Notes under the pieces: model-generated
Database searches by the model: none
The model's input: the letters and a program-made list of their open reading frames with translations, nothing else
What the model was told of the DNA's origin: nothing
Position numbers and translations under genes: made by a program
DNA from: Vicingaceae bacterium
GTDB lineage: Bacteria; Bacteroidota; Bacteroidia; Flavobacteriales_E; Vicingaceae
DNA length: 64,000 nt
Reading direction: 5' to 3'
NCBI GenBank assembly: GCA_032251145.1
Contig: JAVVER010000001.1
Coordinates: 17,629 to 81,628, forward strand
In this document: positions 56,199 through 64,000 of the stretch, one piece after another
Position numbering within the stretch: position 1 is the stretch's first letter
How the letters are laid out: the number at the start of each line of letters is the position of its first letter

Positions 56199-56729
56199 AT
56201 GGAAAGGCCAACTCAAGGAAATAACGTTGTTGATTTTGAAATGGAGGATTATTATGGGAAAATGATAAACCTTTCCGATTTTAAAGGTAAAAAAATTTAC
56301 TTAAGCTTTTTTAGAGAAGCATCATGCCCGTTTTGTAATCTAAGGGTTCATCAACTTATTAAAAGATACCAAGAGTTTAAAGATAAAAACATTGTGATTA
56401 TCACTTTTTTTGCCTCATCAAAAGAAGAAATTGCAAATTATGCAGGAAAACAACAAGTACCTTTTATTATTATTCCTGATGCAGATTCATTAATGTATAA
56501 AAAATACAATATAAAACAATCTTCATTAGGAATGATTAAAACCATGACAAATCCAATTAAAATGTTAGAAGTTATGTTTAGTAAGTATTTTAATCTAAAT
56601 GCCCTGAAATCAAAACCAATTTTACCAGCAGATTTTTTAATTGATGAAAATCAACAAATTTATAGAGCATTTTATGGCAAAGATTTCGGAGATCATCTTA
56701 CTTTTGAAGAAATTTTAAATTGGAAGTAA
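56199..56729 (+). CDS. peroxiredoxin-like family protein
   Basis: SCPFCN motif in an AhpC/TSA-like context. Confidence 0.65.
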   Translation: MERPTQGNNVVDFEMEDYYGKMINLSDFKGKKIYLSFFREASCPFCNLRVHQLIKRYQEFKDKNIVIITFFASSKEEIANYAGKQQVPFIIIPDADSLMYKKYNIKQSSLGMIKTMTNPIKMLEVMFSKYFNLNALKSKPILPADFLIDENQQIYRAFYGKDFGDHLTFEEILNWK

Positions 56730-57286
56730 TGTCAAAAATTAAAGTAATACAACACGAGGAAGCCACTGGAAGGCTTAAAGAAATTTATGATGAATTGGTT
56801 GGTAAAAGAGGCAAACTAGCTGAGGTTCATAAAATACAAAGTTTACGACCAGAAAGCATTGTTAAACATATAGACCTTTATTTGGAAATTATGTTTACAA
56901 AATCTGAACTGTCTCGTGCCGAAAGAGAAATGATGGCTGTGGTTGTTTCTGCAGCTAATAACTGCTATTACTGTCAAATACACCATGCCGAAGCACTTAA
57001 CCATTACTGGAAAGATGAGCAAAAAGTAGAGCTTTTTAGAATAAGTTACAACTCGGTACCACTTTCTAAAAAAGAAAAATTATTGTGTGATTATGCAAAA
57101 GAATTAACATTACAACCAGCTATTGATAGTGGAATTGTTGAAGAATTGAAACAATTAGGGTTATCTGATTCAGCTATTTTAGACGCTACTTTGGTAGTGG
57201 CATATTTTAATTTTGTTAATCGAATTGTGCTTTCTTTAGGGGTTAATTTAGAAGAAAAAAACAATGCAGTTGGATATAAATATTAA
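56729..57286 (+). CDS. CMD-domain peroxidase-related enzyme (AhpD-like)
   Basis: NCYYCQIHH motif. The track start at 56720 is TTG, so I prefer ATG at 56729, which overlaps the upstream stop (TAATG). Confidence 0.7.
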   Translation: MSKIKVIQHEEATGRLKEIYDELVGKRGKLAEVHKIQSLRPESIVKHIDLYLEIMFTKSELSRAEREMMAVVVSAANNCYYCQIHHAEALNHYWKDEQKVELFRISYNSVPLSKKEKLLCDYAKELTLQPAIDSGIVEELKQLGLSDSAILDATLVVAYFNFVNRIVLSLGVNLEEKNNAVGYKY

Positions 57287-57288
57287 AC

Positions 57289-57801
57289 ATGAAGTTTTAT
57301 AATTACTACATATTATTAATCTTACCCTTATTTCTTGGCTTTTCAAACCCAACCAAAAACAACAATGCATCTTTGTTTAAAATTGAAAGAAGCAAAGATG
57401 CGAATCAAATATTTTATGATGTTCATTTTATTGAAAAAAACAAGCTAGATTTAAAAAATCCTATTAGCATATATTGGATTAGAAATACTGAAGGTGGCAA
57501 AATAAAACCGCTAACTTGGATTCAACAAAACTATGCTTATGGGTTAGAATTTACAAAAACTTCTGAGAAAATGGCTCAATTTCATTTTGTATCTTATGAC
57601 AAAAGAAGTTTTACACTAAAACAAGTTGGAAAAGAATGTTTTAAAGTTTTTACACAACTAAATGATAAAGAAGTTATTGTAAATCGTATTTTTATACAAA
57701 TAGATGGTGGCACATTTTGGTTTCCAAAAATTTCTAAAGTAGAATTACATACACAAGACCCTACAACAAAAAAAGAAATTGTTGAAATAATTAACCCTTA
57801 A
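57289..57801 (+). CDS. secreted small protein (possibly DUF4833)
   Basis: Signal peptide, 170 aa. The family call is from memory only. Confidence 0.4.
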   Translation: MKFYNYYILLILPLFLGFSNPTKNNNASLFKIERSKDANQIFYDVHFIEKNKLDLKNPISIYWIRNTEGGKIKPLTWIQQNYAYGLEFTKTSEKMAQFHFVSYDKRSFTLKQVGKECFKVFTQLNDKEVIVNRIFIQIDGGTFWFPKISKVELHTQDPTTKKEIVEIINP

Positions 57802-57815
57802 GAATATATACTCTA

Positions 57816-59267
57816 ATGAAACTACCTTTTTCAGCCATAGACACTAAAATGGAAGCAAACAAAAAAGATATTATTTTAACTAAACTGTTTAAACATATTG
57901 AAAATGAAGTTAAAGAATCATTTTTAGATGACACACTTGTTGTAAACTATCAAGAACCTCAATCTCTCAGAGAAAAAATTAATTTTTCAGTACAAAGAAG
58001 CGGAACTTCTGATGAAGAGTTTATTGAACTAATGAATAGTTATATGAACTATTCAGTAAAAACCAACCACAAACAGTTTTTTAATCAACTTTTTTCTGGG
58101 TTTAATTTTCCGGCATTTATAGGAGAAGTAATTACTACATTAACAAACACATCAATGTACACCTATGAGGTTGCTCCAGTAGCAACATTAATAGAGCAAG
58201 AAATGGTTAAGTTAATGAATTATTATACTGGTTATGAAAATGGAGATGGCATTTTTTTAAGTGGAGGAAGTAATGCCAATTTAATAGCAATGTTTTCAGC
58301 TCGAAATCACGCATTGTCTGAAATAAAAAACAACGGAGTTAATGCGTCAAACAAGCAATTAGTAGCATTTGTAAACGAACAAGCTCACTACTCTTTTGAG
58401 GTTGCTGGTAATTTATTGGGCATAGGGGTTAAAAACATAAAAAAAATACAAGCAGATAACTATGGAAGAATGATTCCTGAAAAACTTGAAGAAGCTATCA
58501 ATCTTTCTTTATCAAACAACGAACACCCATTCTTTGTGGCAGCTACCTGCGGAACAACAATCTTAGGAGCTTATGACCCTTTAAATGAATTGGCAGCTAT
58601 ATGTAAAAAACACCAAATTTGGCTACATGCCGATGGTTCTTTTGGCGGCTCTATAATTTTATCTAACCAACATAAATATTTAATTGAGGGTATAGAAAAA
58701 ACAGATTCTTTCACATGGAACCCTCATAAGCTAATGAATATTCCGTTAATCTGTTCCGCCTTATTGGTAAACAAAAAAGGGGTGTTAGAAGAGAATATTA
58801 CAGACATGGATACCAATTATATTTTTCATAACGAAAGCGATATTCAAGATTTGGGCAAAAAATCTGTACAATGTGGTAGGAGGGTAGATGCAGTTAAACT
58901 ATGGTTTGCATGGAAATATTTTGGATTAGAAGGTTATGAAAACCAAATTAATCAATTAATTGATTTAGCTACTTATGCCGAAAATTATGTAAATATTCAT
59001 CCTAACTTAGAGTTAATGTTTACTCGTCAATCTTTTACAGTATGTTTTAGATATACTTCTAATAAAATTACAAATAGTAATAACTTCAATCTTTTATTGA
59101 GAGAACAACTTCGTAAAAAAGGATTATCTGCTGTAAACTATGCCACAATTAACAATCAACTTTTTATAAGGTGGGTAATAACCAACCCTAGCTTAGAGTA
59201 TAAGGATATTGATGTGTTTTTTAACAATTTTTTAAAAGAAGCTAACGAACTTGAAAAGCAATATTAA
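57816..59267 (+). CDS. group II PLP-dependent amino-acid decarboxylase (GAD/CSAD/DDC-like)
   Basis: SFTWNPHKLMN (PLP lysine), SGGSNANL and HADGSFGG motifs. 483 aa. Confidence 0.8.
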   Translation: MKLPFSAIDTKMEANKKDIILTKLFKHIENEVKESFLDDTLVVNYQEPQSLREKINFSVQRSGTSDEEFIELMNSYMNYSVKTNHKQFFNQLFSGFNFPAFIGEVITTLTNTSMYTYEVAPVATLIEQEMVKLMNYYTGYENGDGIFLSGGSNANLIAMFSARNHALSEIKNNGVNASNKQLVAFVNEQAHYSFEVAGNLLGIGVKNIKKIQADNYGRMIPEKLEEAINLSLSNNEHPFFVAATCGTTILGAYDPLNELAAICKKHQIWLHADGSFGGSIILSNQHKYLIEGIEKTDSFTWNPHKLMNIPLICSALLVNKKGVLEENITDMDTNYIFHNESDIQDLGKKSVQCGRRVDAVKLWFAWKYFGLEGYENQINQLIDLATYAENYVNIHPNLELMFTRQSFTVCFRYTSNKITNSNNFNLLLREQLRKKGLSAVNYATINNQLFIRWVITNPSLEYKDIDVFFNNFLKEANELEKQY

Positions 59268-59901
59268 ACATAACGGATTTGCTATTGCCATTGCATGGCC
59301 AGAGACTTTATGCAAACAAGCTGGTGCTTGGTACGATGGTTTAATGAATAGTTTAAAGATAAGCAAGAATAATTACTACAAAGTAGGGCATGCTGCAGTA
59401 GTATTAATTAATGCTCAAACAAACAAATGTCATTATTTCGATTTTGGCAGATACCATACTCCTTATGGCTATGGCAGAGTGCGAGATGAAATTACTGATC
59501 ATGATTTAATTCTGAAAACGTCTCCTGTAATTAAAAGCAATACTATTGAAAATATAGATTCCATTTTAAACGAATTATTAAACAATCCTTCTTGTCATGG
59601 TAACGGGTATTTATTAGCTTCTTATACTTCGGTAACATTTGAAAAAGCTTATGCAAAAGCTAAACAAATGCAACAAAAAGGAGTAATAAAATATGGCCCT
59701 TTTGAGCCAAACGGCACGAATTGCTCTAGGTTTGTTAGGTCGGTAGTTTTATCGGGTAAACCAAAATTCACTTACCAACTTAAATTATTAACCCCTTATT
59801 CTGTTAGCCCAACACCAAAAACAAATGTATTGTCGCTTTCAAATAAACTCATATTATTTCCCGAAGAAAGTACCCTTTTTAAAAATATTGCAATAGCATG
59901 A
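59251..59901 (+). CDS. hypothetical protein with permuted NlpC/P60 (LRAT/YiiX-like) motif order
   Basis: VGHAAVVLI and a second His 14 residues later come first, then GTNCSRFV (compare DCSGFV / NCEHFV) about 110 aa downstream. TTG start overlaps the decarboxylase gene by 17 nt. The next in-frame ATG is at codon 32. Confidence 0.45.
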   Translation: MKSNIKHNGFAIAIAWPETLCKQAGAWYDGLMNSLKISKNNYYKVGHAAVVLINAQTNKCHYFDFGRYHTPYGYGRVRDEITDHDLILKTSPVIKSNTIENIDSILNELLNNPSCHGNGYLLASYTSVTFEKAYAKAKQMQQKGVIKYGPFEPNGTNCSRFVRSVVLSGKPKFTYQLKLLTPYSVSPTPKTNVLSLSNKLILFPEESTLFKNIAIA

Positions 59902-60191
59902 GTTTACAATCTACCTTATTACCGCCCCAAAAACCTCAACATATCCCTGCCGAAAGCCAATGGTTAGCAGGAGAAGGAGCTGGTTCGTGGTTTTGTATTG
60001 AATTACAAAACAACCAATATAAAGTTACTCGCTATTCTCCCGAAGGAAATATAGAATGTGAAGGATTTTTTAGTTGCAAAACAACGGGTTTTGATATTAT
60101 TAAAACCTATGAATTTGTACACTTATCTCATTGTCAAAACGTTACTATCCATCAAAACAGTGTTGTTTTTTCTTTTGAAAGAATAAATTAG
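59898..60191 (+). CDS. hypothetical small protein
   Basis: 97 aa. ATGA overlap with the upstream gene. No motif recognised. Confidence 0.45.
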   Translation: MSLQSTLLPPQKPQHIPAESQWLAGEGAGSWFCIELQNNQYKVTRYSPEGNIECEGFFSCKTTGFDIIKTYEFVHLSHCQNVTIHQNSVVFSFERIN

Positions 60192-60198
60192 TTGTAAA

Positions 60199-61344
60199 CT
60201 ATATCAAACTTTCAGCAAAAGCTCTGGTTTGTTTATCAGTTGCTACATAATCCTCATAAGTTGGTTGAGCGATGAAAGTAACCTGTTCCATGCACTTTTG
60301 ATTGATTTCGGCAATGTCTAAAAACTTAATTTTGTCTTTTAGGAAAGCTTCAACAGCTACTTCATTAGCGGCATTTAAAATACAAGCCATATTGCCTCCT
60401 TTTTCCAAGGCATTAAATGCCAATTGTAAGTTTAAAAATGTTTCGGCATCAGGTTTTTCAAAGGTTAATTCAGGGTAATCCATAAAATTAAACCTTGGCG
60501 ATTTTGAGCTTAATCGTTGAGGAAACGAAAGCGCATATTGTATAGGATGTTTCATGTCGGGCAAGCCAAGCTGAGCTTTCATGCTGCCATCTTCAAATTG
60601 AACTAAAGAATGTACAATAGATTGCGGATGAACGATAACATCAATTTGTTCGGGTTTTAAGTTAAATAACCATTTGGCTTCTATTACTTCTAAGCCTTTA
60701 TTCATCAATGTTGCTGAATCTATGGTGATTTTTGCTCCCATATCCCAGTTGGGATGTTTTAAGGCTTGCTCTTTGGTAATATGTTGTAGTTCATGACGTT
60801 TTTTTCCTCTAAACGGTCCACCCGAAGCAGTTAAATAAATTTTCTCAATTTTATTTTGAAACTCCCCTACCAAACACTGAAAAATAGCCGAATGTTCTGA
60901 ATCTACAGGCAAAATAGCTACCTTGTTTTCAATGGCTAATTTATTGATTAACTCTCCGGCAACTACCAAGGTTTCTTTGTTAGCCAACGCGATGGTTTTT
61001 TTAGCTTTTATAGCATTAATAGTGGGCAATAATCCTGCATAACCTACCAAAGCTGTCAAAACAACATCAATGTCGTCCATTTCTACTACCTGAGCCAATG
61101 CGGCTGTTCCTGCATAAGTCTTAATATCGTGTTCCCAAAGGGCTTCTTCTACTTTTTTATACTTAGCTTCATCGGCAATAACTACCACATTAGGTTTAAA
61201 TTTTATGGCTTGTGCTATTAATAAATCTGCATTGCCATTGGCAGTAAGCACTTCTACCTGAAACTTATCAGCATGTTCTTCTATAACTTCAAGGGCTTGA
61301 GTTCCTATAGAACCAGTAGAACCTAAAATGGCAATTTTTTTCAT
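60199..61344 (-). CDS. dxr: 1-deoxy-D-xylulose-5-phosphate reductoisomerase
   Basis: 381 aa. ILGSTGSIG NADPH motif and LANKE, DSEHSAIFQ, NKGLE signatures. Confidence 0.95.
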   Translation of the reverse strand: MKKIAILGSTGSIGTQALEVIEEHADKFQVEVLTANGNADLLIAQAIKFKPNVVVIADEAKYKKVEEALWEHDIKTYAGTAALAQVVEMDDIDVVLTALVGYAGLLPTINAIKAKKTIALANKETLVVAGELINKLAIENKVAILPVDSEHSAIFQCLVGEFQNKIEKIYLTASGGPFRGKKRHELQHITKEQALKHPNWDMGAKITIDSATLMNKGLEVIEAKWLFNLKPEQIDVIVHPQSIVHSLVQFEDGSMKAQLGLPDMKHPIQYALSFPQRLSSKSPRFNFMDYPELTFEKPDAETFLNLQLAFNALEKGGNMACILNAANEVAVEAFLKDKIKFLDIAEINQKCMEQVTFIAQPTYEDYVATDKQTRAFAESLI

Positions 61345-61390
61345 ATTTTTCTAACCAAGACGCAAGGATGCAGTTTTTTCAATTATAAAC

Positions 61391-62716
61391 TTACTTTTTT
61401 AACGATTTTTGCTTTATTTCGTTAAGTAATGTTTCTTTTGCTTGTCTATAAGATTTTATGTTAAGGTAACTTCCATTACCAAGTTCAGCAATAGTTAACA
61501 TTGATTTTTCAGTCCATTTTTCATTTTTTACACCAACAACCGAAACATTAATTCCATTGCTTGTGTTTTGTTCAACATTCGCTTTATCTTTTTTACTTAG
61601 GTTAAATACACCGTCTGTTGCTATAATAATAAGGTTATTTCCTTCGGTAAGTTTGTTTTGATATGCTATTTCATAGGCTTTTTCAAGACCTTGAGCTCCT
61701 TCTGTTCTCCCTCCAGCAGATAAATCTTGGATAATTTCGGTAATTTGGGCTTTGTCTTTTACAAATTGAGAAGCTAAAACAACATCAACAGTTGAGGCGT
61801 AAGTTACAATTGCCAACCTGTCAATAGAACGTAATCCGTTTAACAATTCTATCATAGCAGCTTTAAGCAAATCCATTCTACCCTCTAACTTCATCGAAAC
61901 AGAAGCATCTATTAAAAAAACGATGTTGTTTTCGGCATATAATCCAACCGGCATTGCTGATGTTGAAATAGTATCTTCAGGTTCTGGGGTAAATTCAGGC
62001 TCAACAATAACATCAGCCTGTTCAACAATTATAGGTTCTTCAGAAGGTTCTCCCAAATAGAAAATGATTTCTTTTAAATTATCTTGATGCACTTCAACAG
62101 CTTGTTCGCTATAACCGTACCCGTTGGCACTTGCCACTATATAATATACATCATTTTTTAAGGTTTGATTGGTTTCTCCGGCTCTGTTTGTTCTTAGTTC
62201 TTTGTAAATTAATCCATCCCAAATAATTTCTACCAATGCATTAGGAATAGGTTGTTTGGTAGTATTATCAATTACTTTTATAGCAATTTCAGTATGGATA
62301 TCTTCGGGTTGTTTGATCGTTTCAAAATCAGGACATTCTAAGGATTCATTTATATCAGCTGTTTTGGCAATACCTTCAATAGTAAATGTAATCGGATGGT
62401 TCTGAACACTTGTCCAAACGGGAATATCAGCCTTATAAGCTCCTTTTCTTTTGGGCGTATATTTTATTCTGATAATTACTGAGCTATCGGGCTGAATGGT
62501 TTTAGTAGTTACTTTTACATCCACACCATAAGGTTCTTCAATTTTGGTAATTTCAGCCGCAACTTTTCCGGCATTAGTAACTGTAAAATCAATATATTTT
62601 TTATCCTCTTTATTAATTTCACCGAAATTATGCGTGGATTTATCGAACACCAACTGAGCAACAGCAGCCTGAATACTAAATAAAAAAATAATATGTAATA
62701 AAAGTGCCTTTCTCAT
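61391..62716 (-). CDS. secreted multidomain protein: DUF1573-like + carboxypeptidase-regulatory-like + VWA domain
   Basis: HNFGEI...FTVTNAG in the N-terminal domain. VWA MIDAS motif DASVSM ... TDG. Confidence 0.65.
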   Translation of the reverse strand: MRKALLLHIIFLFSIQAAVAQLVFDKSTHNFGEINKEDKKYIDFTVTNAGKVAAEITKIEEPYGVDVKVTTKTIQPDSSVIIRIKYTPKRKGAYKADIPVWTSVQNHPITFTIEGIAKTADINESLECPDFETIKQPEDIHTEIAIKVIDNTTKQPIPNALVEIIWDGLIYKELRTNRAGETNQTLKNDVYYIVASANGYGYSEQAVEVHQDNLKEIIFYLGEPSEEPIIVEQADVIVEPEFTPEPEDTISTSAMPVGLYAENNIVFLIDASVSMKLEGRMDLLKAAMIELLNGLRSIDRLAIVTYASTVDVVLASQFVKDKAQITEIIQDLSAGGRTEGAQGLEKAYEIAYQNKLTEGNNLIIIATDGVFNLSKKDKANVEQNTSNGINVSVVGVKNEKWTEKSMLTIAELGNGSYLNIKSYRQAKETLLNEIKQKSLKK

Positions 62717-62956
62717 TGGTTAACAATTGCTTTTAATAAGCCCATTTTTAAACTAAAAGTTTGCCAAAGTTACAATTTGTTTTTTAGTTAAATTGGGTTT
62801 AAGATAACTTAGAATTTATAAAAAATAGTATTTCTGTTTATGTATTATGAAAAATAAAAATCACTAAGCTGAAGCGTTAAAATTTTAATAGAGAGCTAAG
62901 TAATTGCCGAGAAAAACAGCTAATTTCCAATTTCTAACCTCCAATAATTAATTTCC

Positions 62957-63574
62957 CTAATCTTTACTAAAATGTTTGTGATAATCTTGTTGGCTTCTTT
63001 TTATTACCTCCAACGCTTCTTCTTTTCCATAAACATGGCTAATTTCTACATTGGCTTTTTCCTCTCCGGGAATAGATTTATAAGTCAAAAAATAGTGTTT
63101 TAGTCGGTTGATTAATGATGGAGGACATGCTAAAATATCGTTCCATTTGGCATACACCTCATCACCTTTAAGAATGGCTATAATTTTATCATCCGCTTCG
63201 TTGTTGTCTATCATTCTGAATCCGCCTATAGGAATAGCAGGAACAATAATATTTCCATGCGTAATGTTTCTTTCGGTTAACACACAAATATCTAAGGGGT
63301 CTCCATCTCCTAAAACGCTGGTTTTGCCTGTTTTTTCCATACAAAAAGCAGCTACCTGCTCAGCACAATACGTTTGCGGAACAAACCCATACAAAGCCGG
63401 AACAATGTTCGAGAACTTTTGTGGTCGGTCAACTTTTAAAAATCCAGAAGCTTTATCTACTTCATATTTTACTGAATCACTAGGTGTCATTTCTATAAAC
63501 GACATTACCATTTCAGGAGCTTGTTCTCCAATAAAAATCCCGTGCCACGGGTGTGCTTGATATTTTTTTTTCAT
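62957..63574 (-). CDS. ppa: family I inorganic pyrophosphatase
   Basis: 205 aa. DGDPLD and YE.D-type acidic clusters are typical of soluble PPase. Confidence 0.75.
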   Translation of the reverse strand: MKKKYQAHPWHGIFIGEQAPEMVMSFIEMTPSDSVKYEVDKASGFLKVDRPQKFSNIVPALYGFVPQTYCAEQVAAFCMEKTGKTSVLGDGDPLDICVLTERNITHGNIIVPAIPIGGFRMIDNNEADDKIIAILKGDEVYAKWNDILACPPSLINRLKHYFLTYKSIPGEEKANVEISHVYGKEEALEVIKRSQQDYHKHFSKD

Positions 63575-63581
63575 TCTAATT

Positions 63582-64000
63582 CTACTCTAAAATTTTGATT
63601 ATTTTTAATTCATTCCTTCTGTTTACAGCATAAAGCCGTTCTTTTTCATCCGAACTTTCTGTTTTAGAAATAAGCTCCTCTGAAATTATTGGTTGTTCTT
63701 CACCATAGCCTTTAAAGGTTAATCTTGATGAATCTATTCCTAATGAAATTAGTTTTCTTACAATACTTTCTGCTCTTTTTTCTGATAATTTTAAGTTATA
63801 CTCACTAGATCCTCTTGAATCGGTGTGACTACCAACTTCAATAATTAAATTAGGATGTTGATTCATAAATATAACTATACTATCAATAATAGTATCTTCA
63901 ACATTATTTCCCAACCTAAAGCAAGTACTATAATCTAAAGGAGCAATTCTATGAATAGCTCCAACAACAAAATCTTTATCGCTGTATTCAAAAGTAACTT
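63582..64000 (-). CDS. OmpA-family (peptidoglycan-associated) protein, 3' part; continues beyond the window
   Basis: GSHTDSRGSSEYNLKLSEKRA OmpA C-terminal domain signature. The frame stays open upstream of the track TTG start, out to position 64000. Confidence 0.75.
   Translation of the reverse strand, partial: VTFEYSDKDFVVGAIHRIAPLDYSTCFRLGNNVEDTIIDSIVIFMNQHPNLIIEVGSHTDSRGSSEYNLKLSEKRAESIVRKLISLGIDSSRLTFKGYGEEQPIISEELISKTESSDEKERLYAVNRRNELKIIKILE

Noticed and set aside
63108-63560. 150-aa plus-strand ORF covering most of the ppa locus.
   Set aside because: The minus-strand frame encodes a recognisable inorganic pyrophosphatase. The plus-strand product has no motifs and is a typical antisense shadow.

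Overview
AT-rich chromosomal segment that looks like a Bacteroidota (Flavobacteriia-type) genome. Supporting signs are the gldF-gldG gliding genes, TAnnTTTG -7 promoter boxes, little Shine-Dalgarno signal, and many lipoproteins and beta-barrel outer-membrane (OM) proteins. I support about 65 CDS, one initiator tRNA, several terminators and two families of intergenic repeats. I saw no rRNA, CRISPR array, transposase or integrase. Housekeeping genes include prfB (with its +1 frameshift), fumC, ppk1, dxr, ppa and a PafA-like phosphatase. Accessory blocks: (1) an ECF sigma with an RsrA-like zinc anti-sigma operon, 8.3-11.2 kb. (2) An arsenosugar-type organoarsenic cluster (AhpD-like, ArsS, rhodanese, DUF2064 transferase, ArsM, PiT, OMP, fatty-acid hydroxylase), followed by an ArsR-MerTP-GDCCVxC module with no merA, 11.3-19 kb. 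(3) A convergent pair at 25.7-28 kb: a class III cyclase-like/SRPBCC protein and an HD + PycTM-like membrane protein. (4) The most unusual region, 30-45 kb: a minus-strand operon. An Aur1-like PAP2_3 gene is followed by three diverged paralogous ~1,200-aa proteins (metallophosphoesterase + DRHxDNW kinase-like module + Omp85-type barrel), then PAP2, an LpxR-like gene and a lipoprotein. Every intercistronic gap in it holds a repeat. (5) A redox plus glycosyltransferase cluster, 45-54 kb, interrupted by a repeat-flanked GxxExxY cassette. (6) A thiol-peroxidase cluster, then a PLP-decarboxylase / permuted NlpC-P60-like operon, 54-60 kb. All family calls come from motifs read by eye. No database search was run.
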